Of a stretch of 64,000 nucleotides of DNA, positions 39,560-52,300 are shown one piece after another. The notes beneath the pieces were generated by a model. The model was not told where the DNA came from and made no database searches. It saw only the letters and a program-made list of their open reading frames with translations. Position 1 is the stretch's first letter. Each line of letters opens with the position of its first letter. The stretch covers positions 101,370,001 through 101,434,000 of the forward strand of contig OZ024746.1 in NCBI GenBank assembly GCA_964016885.1. The letters run 5' to 3'. The DNA is from Eledone cirrhosa. Its lineage: Eukaryota. A program made the position numbers and the translations under genes.

Positions 39560-39767
39560 TTCTATTAGTTTGCCGTAATAAATTTTTAACTGGAAAATTC
39601 GCCCCAAAAAGGGGCGAAAATAAATAAACTCAAAGTTTGACGACCAAGGCAAGGGGTTAACGTATATTACAGTATAAAAAAATTAATCAAAACTCACTTT
39701 TGAGTAAGTAAATCCGACTCGGTAGCCGAGCTTGTTCACACACGTCAACACACGTCTCTCGTATACG

Positions 39768-40215
39768 AGATGTTATGTGAGATATTATGTGAGGTAAAGC
39801 CTTTACTGTGAAAATACAATAGTAAATATAGAGTGATGTAAATGTTATGTGAGATATTATGTGTGGTAAAGCCTTTACTGTGATAATACAATAGTATATA
39901 TAGGATAATGTAAATGTTATGTGACATATTATGTGAGGTAAAGCATTTACTGTAACAATACAATAGTTTATATAGAGTAATGTAAATGTTATGTGAGATA
40001 TTATGTCAGGTAAAGCCTTTACTGTGAAAATACAATAGTAAATATAGAGTAATGTAAATGTTATGTGAGATATTATGTGAGGTAAAGCCTTTACTGCGAA
40101 AATATAATTGTTTCTACTTTTGGCACAAGGCCAGCAAATACCCAGTGTATTACTGGTACTTTATTTTATCGACCCCTGCGAAAATATAATAGTATATATA
40201 GAGTAATGTGAATGT
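39768..40215. repeat. 60-bp minisatellite, right part (with SINE fragment at ~40104-40176)
   Basis: Same unit as 33286-34127. Confidence 0.9.
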
Positions 40216-40593
40216 TAAAAGGTTAAGGTGGTTGATTGGCAGGTAATTGTTCCTACTCTAAGCATTCAGATGTCAAATTCTGCTGAGGCCGACTTTTATC
40301 CTTTTGGATAAATAAAATGTCAGCCAAATATTGGTGTTAGTTAATTCAGTCATTTTCTTCCACCCCTCTCTCTTAGAATTGGATGTGTTGTAAGATTGTT
40401 CTGAGTAACTACTCAGTGTTCCTTTCCTCTAAAAATGGAATAGAGTGAGAGAGGGGTCAGTATCCATCTTTCATCTAGTATATCAGAAAAGCATCCCATG
40501 AAACAATAAAACATGTATAGACAGACCAATGTGCTGTATTAAAGTTGATATATTCACATTTGTTAACAAAAGTTGAAATGTAGATGTACATGC

Positions 40594-40659
<66 letters not shown>

Positions 40660-40680
40660 GCTTATTTAGAATTGATATAT

Positions 40681-40849
40681 ACTGTATTTCCCGGCACCGA
40701 AGACACTTCGTCCTCAAGGACACAACCGAATGTTGACAACCAAAAATTTGAAAAAAAATAATAAAAACCTTCGGCCACCTGGATGCACGGTAGATTTTTG
40801 AGACTTATTCTAGGAAAAAAGTAGCGTCTTCGACGCCGGAAATTGCAGT
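40681..40849. mobile_element. Tc1/mariner (Tigger/pogo-like) MITE
   Basis: Imperfect 24-bp TIRs ACTGTATTTCCCGGCACCGAAGAC / GTCTTCGACGCCGGAAATTGCAGT. Confidence 0.65.
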
Positions 40850-40874
40850 CCTTTAGCTAAATAAAGCAACTTAC

Positions 40875-40991
40875 TCGACGAAATCGAAGCCAGCTGTCAT
40901 GGTGGTATTCTAACTGACCATCAAAAGCACTTGGTAATTGGTCAACACCAATGTAGGACAGTAAGACATCAGGAGATAGCAACACCTGAAT
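40875..40991 (-). CDS. Host gene exon (2nd in window), C-terminus of a Sec14/CRAL-TRIO-like domain
   Basis: 117 bp, phase 0/0, ttttatctag|...CGA|gtaagt; IQVLLSPDVLLSYIGVDQLPSAFDGQLEYHHDSWLRFRR fits the QLxxxxGGxLxYxHxxW signature. Confidence 0.92.
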
Positions 40992-41240
40992 CTAGATAAA
41001 ACAAAACATGAGTTAAGAGGGGAAAATGTTTGTTACATTCAATATAGTTATGTTGTGTTGCGTTGCGTTGCATTGCGTTGCGTCGCGTTGCGTCGCGTGG
41101 TGTGGTGTGTGGTGTGTGTGTGTAAGTTGAATAATGTTTGACAAGGAAACAACTTTTCTTTTATGTCACCCAAATAATTCACAGGCTCTTTTACAAAAGT
41201 TAGGACAAAAATAACAAATAAAAATAGATCCAAAACTTAC

Positions 41241-41345
41241 TTTAAAGGGTCCTTGGGCATCATAAAGAGGTGATCCAAAAACTAGTGTTTGATCTAGCTG
41301 GTTTGCCAGGATATAAATTGATTGGAACCCTTGTTCGTAGTTTGA
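41241..41345 (-). CDS. Host gene exon (1st identified), Sec14-like domain
   Basis: 105 bp, phase 0/0, atttcag|...AAA|gtaagt; SNYEQGFQSIYILANQLDQTLVFGSPLYDAQGPFK. Confidence 0.82.
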
Positions 41346-42095
41346 CTGAAATAACAGAAACATGATAAAATGTTAATTGAAGAGAATGCCACTCAGTTAA
41401 AAATTCAACTTAATTCTTTTGATACCTGCCTACCCCATTCCACCCAAACTATCAAACCACACATTTTAAAGTATTCATGTTTAAATTAAAATCTTCCATG
41501 TAAACCTTTTGTTAGGTTATGTATGAACATCATCTTAAAAATGAATAATTTTAGTAAATCTTTCCAAATTATTCATTAATTATTCATTAATTAATTGAAC
41601 TACAGTGTATTTCATTAAAGATATGAACAGGTTAAGGAAAATGAGAGAAGCAGTAATGTAATGGTAAATTAGCTTCATTCTACATCCAGAGTTGGAAGTC
41701 CCACTGAAAACAATGGCAAGAAGAAGATTTTGGATAATATAGTTTGTGGTTAGGTTGTTGGACTTACAATCGTAAAGTTATGGGTTCAATTTCTAGTCTG
41801 GGTTACATGTGTTTTTGAGGAAAACACATAATTTTACATCGTTCCAGTTAATTCAAGTGAAACAGAGTACCAGCAGCTGGGAAATAACCCTGTGGTGGAC
41901 TGGCAACTTATCCAGGGGGGCAGTTTAGTACTTTAATTTGCTTAAATACTAAAGAAACGAGAAGTTCCGGCCTGATGAGCCTCCAGGCTTGGGACAAACT
42001 TTCTTTTAGTGTGAGACTGTCTGGCAGTTAATGAGAGGTTTGTTCAAGGGTTGATATAGGTCTAAACAATAAACTCTGAGAGTAAAAATAAAGAT

Positions 42096-42362
42096 TGAGA
42101 TGACCCTTTAGTTGTGGGGTTGAGATGACCCTTTAATTGTGGGATTGAAATGACCTTTTAGTTGTGAGGTTGAGATGACCCTTTAATTATGGGGTTGAGA
42201 TGACCCTTTAATTGTGGGGTTGAAATGAGCCTTTAGTTGTGGGGTTGAGATGACCCTTTAGTTGTAGGGTCAAGATGACCCTTTAGTTGTGGGGTCAAGA
42301 TGACCCTTTAGTTGTGGGGTTGAAATGACCTTTTAGATGTGGGGTCAAGATGACCCTTTAGT
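42096..42362. repeat. 25-bp minisatellite, ~10 copies
   Basis: Unit gatgaccctttagttgtggggttga. Confidence 0.92.
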
Positions 42363-44204
42363 CTTAGCAAGGAGAAAATAAGATTTCTAGTGCTGGTGCC
42401 ATGATATGTTCCCAGCACCATCTGCTAAGTGGCTGCTGTTAAGAAGGGTATCTAGCCATGGGAATGATACCAGAAATAGAATATACGAGCAAGATGAACA
42501 GGAACTGACCTGTCCAACCCATGCCAGTTTAGAAAGCAGGTAAAGATAATGATGATGATATTGAAGATAAAGATGCAGAAGGGAGAGAGCATAGCATGTT
42601 GATAATGATAAATACAAATATAGTAAAATGTTGAATTAAATACATTTTATGATGCCATTTCTAACCCAAACGAGTTTATTGTAATTAAGGAGCCCCACCC
42701 CCAAAACATAACAACAAAAAATGACCAAAATATTGCAGCAACCAACAGCTTTTATCATACTTATTGGTTTATTTTGTTGATTCTCCTCGAAAGGAGTGAA
42801 CATTTATTGGATTTAACTCATACTCAAATAGGTTGTCATGGGAATTATTGATTTCTTTTGGTGAAGCACCATGTCTTGGAGTCTTTAAACACAACTGCTT
42901 CCTGTTCTCCATCCTCTCTTTTAATAGCAAAGGAATTAAATGAGATGCTACATTTTAAAAGAAAAGTGTGGTTTGTTTAGTATAGTCCTAATTCCACCCC
43001 TTCCTTCTTTTCTCTCCTCAAACTACCATGTTGATATTGGTTAGTTGGAATATCGTTAATTTAATAATATTTGATTTGAGTAAGATGATATGCCTATCAC
43101 TAAGAAGACAACAATGGATTTGATGAAGTTTATTTCTATGAACTTCAGTACCTCAAACATTTACAGTTCAAATCCCATTGGTGTTGACTTTCGTTTCATT
43201 TATTCTAATGAGGTAGTTTGTTGTTGTTGGACCACAATCAATTCACAAGGCCTATATTGACCCATATTACTGGGTTTGGAACAGTTAACTGTACTAGTGA
43301 TGCACAATGTGATCTTGGGGGACCACTACTGGTCTATACCAAAATTTGGGTGACTTCCAATGTGTTTTATTTCCTAGTGTAATATTTTTTACAATTTTAT
43401 ATGTTTTATGAAATTACAAGTTCCTTGAATGTTTACTTCCGGACACTCATAAGCTGGTAGTAGTTGAGAGATAGGGGAGAGGGGGGGGGGGGGGGTAGGG
43501 GGAAGGGGAGTGAGATGGGAGAGAGAGAGAAAGTCGGAGAGAGAGTAAGCCAGAGAAAAACAGTTGGTGCATGTGTGCACATGTGCATGTATGTATTTGT
43601 GTGCATGTGTGCACATGTGCATGTATGTATTTGCATGCATGTGTGCACATGTGCATGTATGTATTTGTGTATGTGTGCACATGTGCATGTATGTGTGCAC
43701 ATGTACATGTATTGGAAGTATTTTCAAGGGAAGACAGAAATATCACCAACAAGGTGGTAAAACAAAGAAATTGTTTCATTGTAACCACTGCAGATATTTT
43801 AGTACTTTATTTACGTAGAATTTGAAGTTGGTGAAAATTGCCAAAATATTGACCCCTGTATATAAGTTGACCACCCACCTCTCACCATCGATTTTTTGGC
43901 CACATATTCATTGGCTTATATTCAAGTATATACAGTACTTTATCATTATTAAGTTGGTATGTGGAACTCAATGATACAACATTATATCTAATTATACATT
44001 CATGCATGTGTATACATATTTTGACAAGGAATATTTCAAGAAAATATTTGATTTTACAGCTTCCGCTCATTAAAAATCTACTTTAGCAATAAGACAAGTA
44101 AACAGGAAGAGGTGACATGTTCCATTGGTTAATCTGATGATGTGTGTGTAGGGACGTAGTGGTCTTAAACATGAGGCTGATTAACAGAATAGTTTTTATG
44201 ATAA

Positions 44205-44561
44205 TATACACCCCAAACCACTACCATCCTCCCTCTCCCACCAACACCACCCTTCTCTGTAAAGTTAATGTTGGTACCACAGAACATCCAGTCCAAACTA
44301 AAGAGGTCATCTAGGTGTCACAATAAAAAAACACCCAGTTCACGCTGTAAAGTGGTCGTGTAGGAGACATAGTAAAAAGTCCAGACTGTAAATATGGTTG
44401 GTGTTAGGAAGGGCATCCAGCTGTAGAAAACCTGCCAGAAACAGTCCTATACGAGCAAGACACAGTCATCTGATCAATCTTGCCACAAGTGGGACTATTC
44501 TTGTCTAACTCATGCTAGCGTGGAAGACAGACGTTAAACAATGAGGATGATGATGATGATG
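44205..44561 (+). mobile_element. RTE 3' UTR fragment
   Basis: Resembles ~55040-55393, with (GAT)n tail. Confidence 0.8.
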
Positions 44562-45516
44562 TCTAGAATTAGCACAAACACATATTTGGGGAAGATTTAA
44601 CTGAATAGTAATTCTTTGCTACTTTATTTGATTGACCCCAAAAAGAGTCAAGGCGAAGTACAAACTATGAAAAAAATGAATGGAAATGGCTTGAACTATG
44701 TACCGCTAGACATTTGTTTCATGATCTACTGATTCTGCCATATATATATCATCATCATCCCCACCGTTTACTATACATTTTTCCATGCTTGCATGGCTTA
44801 GATGGGTCGTCCACCCTGGCAAGTCTGGTCAGAGTTGGCTATGCCGTAATATATATAAAAGTAGGATCAAAGTCACTGTTGTAGCATATATATATAAACT
44901 GCAGTTTGGCTGCTACGGCACTTCTTTTATGTATATACTGTATATACTTAAGTAATAGGTGATCCTATGTAAAAGTTTACCAAAGTATTTCATGGATAAC
45001 AGGCCAACATTTGTGGCTCATCCGGTATGTAGAAATAATACAAAATTGTCGTGAATTTTAAGCAAATTTATTGCATGAAGGAAGGAAAAAAAGAAGGAAA
45101 AGAAGTGTATTTGTCTACAGCCATATTGTTAATAACTGAATTCTAGCTGTCAATGTTATTGCAAAGGAATAGGAGGAAGTCATTAGCCCCTCCCTCTGCT
45201 ACCTCCTGCATGGAAGGAGATGTAACTCAATACAGACTACTCGAGATTTAAATATATATAGAGAGAGAAAGTAAATACATGAAAGTGTCTTATATTTAGG
45301 TTTATTTTCATTTCCATGATATATATTTTGCTGGAGTCGATGGCTAGGAAGTGCTTTTCCGACCCTCTCCAGTGTCAGCTCGTCACATGGTATAAACATT
45401 TTAAAACAATTTCACACAACTTAAAAATCTTTTTATGATACGAGGGACCAGCAGTATGTGTTGTTGGTTCTATGTACACGAGCCCCTGTATATATATATA
45501 TATATATATATATATC

Positions 45517-45865
45517 ACCATCATCATCATCATTTCATTTTACGTCCGCTTTTTCCCTGCTTGCAAGGGTGGGACGGGAACTGATTCTGGCTTGATTTCT
45601 ACAGCAGTATGCCCTTCCTAACACCAACCTCATTTACAGCGAGTGCTGGCTGCTTTTTTTGCCGTGGCACCTCCACGACCACTTTGCAGTGGAATGATAT
45701 GGACCCCAGTCCTTATCATCTCATTTCTACAGGTGAGTAAACTGGAGCAATGTGAAATAAAGTGTCTTGCTCAAGGAAACAACACATCTCCCGGTCTGAG
45801 AATTGAACTCACAACCTTTCGATTGCAAGGCCAATGCTCTAACCACTAAGCCATGTGCCTCCATC
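45517..45865 (-). mobile_element. tRNA-derived SINE (family B), apparently full length
   Basis: Near-identical to 29276-29595; head ggaggcacatggcttagtggttagagc (A-box-like). Confidence 0.82.
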
Positions 45866-46303
45866 TATATATATATACATACATTATATTATAAGAACAG
45901 ATTAAATTTTAAGCAAAGAATCACTGCTTTCACCCTTAACGGGATCCTCTGAAACTAAAAAAAACAATCTGTGAACGCAGAAGTAAATATTTTGAAAAAC
46001 ATTAGAACCAAAAGAAAACACCAATGAACGGAAAAAAAAGCAAGGATAATTACATCGTTATGTTGAGCGATGAGAACAATTTCACGCAAAGACAAACACA
46101 TTTATGGTAGGTATAAAAGGAGTTGTTAGACTAATATTCGATTTAGAATAACCAAATGATTTCCAGCTCCGGAGTTTAAGAATAATGTAAATAAAATTGT
46201 TAAATGAAAATAACAGAGGTTATCAATAATAGTAAAAGTAAATAATGATGAGAACATTAAAGTATAGTTAAGATTTAGGCCTGTGTATACATACACATAC
46301 ATA

Positions 46304-46348
<45 letters not shown>

Positions 46349-46366
46349 GGTTATATTCCCAGGTAT

Positions 46367-49300
46367 ATCTAGACGGTGTAGTCCTACAGTGAAGATCTAG
46401 ATGGTGTAGTCCTACAGTGAAGATCTAGATGGTGTAGTTCTATAGTAAAGATCTAGACGGTGTAGTCCTACAGTGAAGATCTAGATGGTGTAGTCCTACA
46501 GTAAAGATCTAGATGGTGTAGTTCTATAGTAAAGATCTAGACGGTGTAGTCCTACAGTGAAGATCTAGATGGTGTAGTCCTACAGTAAAGATCTAGATGG
46601 TGTAGTCCTATAGTGAAGATCTAGATGGTGTAGTCCTACAGTAAAGATCTAGATGGTGTAGTTCTACAGTAAAGATCTAGATGGTGTAGTCCTACAGTGA
46701 AGATCTAGATGGTGTAGTTCTACAGTAAAGATCTAGATGGTGTAGTCCTACAGTGAAGATCTAGATGGTGTAGTCCTACAGTAAAGATCTAGATGGTGTA
46801 GTCCTACAGTAAAGATCTAGATGGTGTAGTCCTACAGTAAAGATCTAGATGGTGTAGTCCTACAGTAAAGATCTAGATGGTGTAGTCCTACAGTGAAGAT
46901 CTAGATGGTGTAGTCCTACAGTAAAGATCTAGATGGTGTAGTCCTACAGTAAAGATCTAGATGGTGTAGTCCTACAGTAAAGATCTAGATGGTGTAGTCC
47001 TACAGTAAAGATCTAGATGGTGTAGTCCTACAGTGAAGGTCTAGTTGGTGTTGTCCTACAGTGAAGTTCTAGATGGTGTAGTCCTACAGTAAAGATCTAG
47101 ACGGTGTAGTCCTACAGTGAAGAACTAGATGGTGTAGTTCTATAGTAAAGATCTAGATGGTGTAGTCCTACAGGGAAGATATAGATGGTGTAGTCCTACA
47201 GTAAAGATCTAGATGGTGTAGTTCTATAGTAAAGATCTATATGGTGTAGTCCTATAGTGAAGGTCTAGATGGTGTAGTTCTATAGTGAAGATCTAGATGG
47301 TGTAGTCCTACAGTAAAGATCTAGATGGTGTAGTCCTGTAGTAAATGTCTAGATGGTGTAGTTCTATAGTAAAGATCTAGATGGTGTAGTCCTACAGTGA
47401 AGATCTAGATGGTGTAGTCCTACAGTGAAGATCTAGATGGTGTAGTCCTACAGTAAAGATCTAGATGGTGTAGTCCTGTAGTAAATGTCTAGATGGTGTA
47501 GTTCTATAGTAAAGATCTAGATGGTGTAGTCCTACAGTGAAGAACTAGATGGTGTAGTTCTATAGTAAAGATCTAGATGGTGTAGTCCTACAGTAAAGAA
47601 CTAGATGGTGTAGTCCTACAGTGGAGATCTAGATGGTGTAGTCCTACAGTAAAGATCTAGATGGTGTAGTCCCACAGTAAAGATCTAGATGGTGTAGTCT
47701 TACAGTCAAGGTCTAGTTGGTGTAGTCCTACAGTGAAGATCTAGATGGTGTAGTCCTACAGTAAAGATCTAGATGGTGTAGTCCTACAGTAAAGATCTAG
47801 ATGGTGTAGTCCTATAGTGAAGGTCTAGATGGTGAAGTCCCACAGTAAAGATCTAGATGGTGTAGTCCTACAGTGAAGAACTAGATGGTGTAGTCCTACA
47901 GTAAAGATCTAGATGGTGTAGTTCTATAGTAAAGATCTAGATGGTGTAGTTATGTAGTAAATGTCTAGATCGTGTAGTCCTACAGTAAAGATCTAGATGG
48001 TGTAGTTCTATAGTAAAGATCTAGCTGGTGTAGTCCTACAGTCAAGGTCTAGTTGGTGTAGTCCTACAGTAAAGATCTAGATGGTGTAGTCCTACAGTAA
48101 AGATCTAGATGGTGTAGTCCTACAGTAAAGATCTAGATGGTGTAGTCCTACAGTAAAGATCTAGATGGTGTAGTCCTACAGTGAATGTCTAGATGTTGTA
48201 GTCCTACAGTAAAGATCTAGATGGTGTAGTCCTACAGTAAAGGTCTAGATGGTGTAGTCCTACAGTGAAGATCTAGATGGTGTAGTCCTACAGTAAAGAT
48301 CTAGATCGTGTAGTCCTGCAGTAAAGATCTAGATGGTGTAGTCCTACAGTGAAGAACTAGATGGTGTAGTCCTAGAGTAAAGATCTAGATGGTGTAGTCC
48401 CACAGTAAAGATCTAGATCGTGTAGTCCTACAGTAAAGATCTAGATGGTGTAGTCCTACAGTGAAGAACTAGATGGTGTAGTCCTACAGTAAAGATCTAG
48501 ATGGTGTAGTCCCACAGTAAAGATCTAGATCGTGTAGTCCTACAGTAAAGATCTAGATGGTGTAGTCCTACAGTGAAGAACTAGATGGTGTAGTCCTGTA
48601 GTAAATGTCTAGATGGTGTAGTCCTACAGTGAAGATCTAGATGGTGTAGTCCTACAGTAAAGATCTAGATGGTGTAGTCCTACAGTGAAGATCTAGATGG
48701 TGTAGTCTTACAGTAAAGATCTAGATGGTGTAGTCCTACAGTGAAGATCTAGATGGTGTAGTCCTACAGTGAAGGTCTAGATGTTGTAGTCCTACAGTGA
48801 ATGTCTAGATGTTGTAGTCCTACAGTGAAGATCTAGATGGTGTAGTCCTACAGTGGAGATCTAGATGGTGTAGTCCTACAGTGAAGATCTAGATGGTGTA
48901 GTCCTACAGTGAAGATCTAGATGGTGTAGTCCTACAGTGAAGATCTAGATGGTGTAGTCCTGTAGTAAATGTCTAGATGGTGTAGTCCCACAGTAAAGAT
49001 CTAGATCGTGTAGTCCTACAGTGAAGATCTAGATGGTGTAGTCCTACAGTGGAGATCTAGATGGTGTAGTCATACAGTGGAGATCTAGATGGTGTAGTCA
49101 TACAGTGAAGATCTAGATGGTGTAGTCCTACAGTGAAGATCTAGATGGTGTAGTCCTACAGTGGAGATCTAGATGGTGTAGTCATACAGCGGAGATCTAG
49201 ATGATGTAGTCCTACAGTGAAGATCTAGATGGTGTAGTCCTACAGTGAAGATCTAGATGGTGTAGTCCTACAGTAAAGATCTAGATGGTGTAGTCCTACA

Positions 49301-52300
49301 GTGAAGATCTAGATGGTGTAGTCCTACATTGGAGATCTAGATGGTGTAGTCATACAGCGGAGATCTAGATGGTATAGTCCTACAGTGAAGATCTAGATGG
49401 TGTAGTCCTACAGTAAAGATCTAGATGGTGTAGTTCTATAGTAAAGATCTAGATGGTGTAGTCCCACAGTAAAGATCTAGATGGTGTAGTCCCACAGTAA
49501 AGATCTAGATGGGATAGTCCTACAGTGAAGATCTAGATGGTGTAGTCCTACAGTAAAGATCTAGATGGTGTAGTCCCACAGTAAAGATCTAGATGGTGTA
49601 GTCCCACAGTAAAGATCTAGATGGTATAGTCCTACAGTGAAGATCTAGATGGTGTAGTCCTACAGTGAAGATCTAGATGGTGTAGTCCTACAGTGAAGAT
49701 CTAGATGGTGTAGTCCTACAGTAAAGATCTAGATGGTGTAGTCCTACAGTAAAGATCTAGATGGTGTAGTCCTACAGTAAAGATCTAGATGGTGTAGTTC
49801 TATAGTAAAGATCTAGATGATGTAGTCCTACAGTGAAGATCTAGATGGTATAGTCCTACAGTGAAGATCTAGATGGTGTAGTCCTACAGTAAAGATCTAG
49901 ATGGTGTAGTTCTATAGTAAAGATCTAGATGGTGTAGTCCCACAGTAAAGATCTAGATGGTGTAGTCCCACAGTAAAGATCTAGATGGGATAGTCCTACA
50001 GTGAAGATCTAGATGGTGTAGTCCTACAGTAAAGATCTAGATGGTGTAGTCCCACAGTAAAGATCTAGATGGTGTAGTCCCACAGTAAAGATCTAGATGG
50101 TATAGTCCTACAGTGAAGATCTAGATGGTGTAGTCCTACAGTGAAGATCTAGATGGTGTAGTCCTACAGTGAAGATCTAGATGGTGTAGTCCTACAGTAA
50201 AGATCTAGATGGTGTAGTCCTACAGTAAAGATCTAGATGGTGTAGTTCTATAGTAAAGATCTAGATGGTGTAGTCCTACAGTAAAGATGTAGATGGTGTA
50301 GTCCTACAGTGAAGGTCTAGATCACAGGTTCTCAACCCATTTAGGCCAAACACCCACTTTTGTCCCTCGAAATCACGAAACGCCCCCCCCCCCCCGCCTC
50401 CTCTTATGTTTCTATTTTTCAATATACTACTGATTTTTATATCAGTAGATTACTAAAAAATTGATCAACAATATTCCAAAGATGTGTGTATTATCTGATT
50501 ATGTGTTATATGTGGTACTAGATGTGTGTGCTACCCGCTTTTGTCTTTTCTTTTCTTTTTTTATTCCTAATATTATTTATACAATAGGGAATAAAATAGA
50601 TCTACACAGTGTTAACTCGTTACGGTTGAGTCAATAATTTCAGACATGAAATACATTGTATCGGTGAAGGAAAGATAAGATTCTAACTGGCTGCGCTCAT
50701 AGTGTCTTTGACCCAGTTGACTGGGTTTTTCCATTTTTAGGATCTCAATTACCGGTTAACATCTCAATTACCCGACATGCCTGCACACCTGCTCACAGCT
50801 GTGGTCAGACTATAGTTATGCTGTCTGCAAGCTCATTCAAATGCATTCACACTGGCTGTCTCAAAGACATACAAATACGGCTTATAAAACTTACCAAAAT
50901 AAAGAGCTTTCCAGCCCCCCAGCCCCAAACGCCCCCCTAACGCGACCTTGCTCCCAAACGCCCCCCTGGAGTTCCGAAACGCCCCCCGGGGGTGCATATG
51001 CCCCCCGTTGAGAACCTTTGGTCTAGATGGTGTAGTTCTACAGTAAAGATCTAGATGGTGTAGTCCTACAGTAAAGCTCTAGATGGTGTAGTCCTATAGT
51101 GAAGTTCTAGATGGTGTAGTCCTACAGTGAAGATCTAGATGGTGTCGTCCTACAGTAAAGATCTAGATGGTGTCGTCCTACAGTAAAGATCTAGATGGTG
51201 TAGTCCTACAGTGAAGGTCTAGATGGTGTCGTCCTACAGTAAAGATCTAGATGGTGTCGTCCTACAGTAAAGATCTAGATGGTGTAGTCCTACAGTGAAG
51301 GTCTAGATGGTCTAGTCCTGTAGTGAAGGTCTATATGGTTTAGTCCTACAGTAAAGATCTAGATGGTGTAGTCCTACAGTAAAGATCTAGATGGTGTAGT
51401 CCCACAGTAAAGATCTAGATGGTATAGTCCTACAGTGAAGATCTAGATGGTGTAGTCCTACAGTAAAGATCTAGATGGTGTAGTCCTACAGTAAAGATCT
51501 AGATGGTGTAGTCCTACAGTAAAGATCTAGATGGTATAGTCCTACAGTGAAGATCTAGATGGTGTAGTCCTACAGTAAAGATCTAGATGGTGTAGTTCTA
51601 TAGTAAAGATCTAGATGGTGTAGTCCCACAGTAAAGATCTAGATGGTGTAGTCCCACAGTAAAGATCTAGATGGTATAGTCCTACAGTGAAGATCTAGAT
51701 GGTGTAGTCCTACAGTAAAGATCTAGATGGTGTAGTCCCACAGTAAAGATCTAGATGGTGTAGTCCCACAGTAAAGATCTAGATGGTATAGTCCTACAGT
51801 GAAGATCTAGATGGTGTAGTCCTACAGTAAAGATCTAGATGGTGTAGTCCTACAGTAAAGATCTAGATGGTGTAGTCCTACAGTAAAGATCTAGATGGTA
51901 TAGTCCTACAGTGAAGATCTAGATGGTGTAGTCCTACAGTAAAGATCTAGATGGTGTAGTTCTATAGTAAAGATCTAGATGGTGTAGTCCCACAGTAAAG
52001 ATCTAGATGGTGTAGTCCCACAGTAAAGATCTAGATGGTATAGTCCTACAGTGAAGATCTAGATGGTGTAGTCCTACAGTAAAGATCTAGATGGTGTAGT
52101 CCCACAGTAAAGATCTAGATGGTGTAGTCCCACAGTAAAGATCTAGATGGTATAGTCCTACAGTGAAGATCTAGATGGTGTAGTCCTACAGTGAAGATCT
52201 AGATGGTGTAGTCCTACAGTGAAGATCTAGATGGTGTAGTCCTACAGTAAAGATCTAGATGGTGTAGTCCCACAGTAAAGATCTAGATGGTGTAGTCCCA

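Larger units (their letters stand above)
34128..39767 (-). mobile_element. Near-intact, apparently full-length L1/Tx1-type non-LTR retrotransposon
   Basis: Two ORFs (gag-like ORF1; APE-RT-Zn ORF2), short UTRs, 3' end AATAAAGAAACC; interrupts the 60-bp array. Confidence 0.95.

Noticed and set aside
41971-41995. CTGATGAG motif
   Set aside because: Lies in a SINE-like tail; no properly placed GAAA or stems.
42757-42905. Possible additional host exon
   Set aside because: Purine-rich acceptor context, and the translation shows no resemblance to a Sec14 domain.
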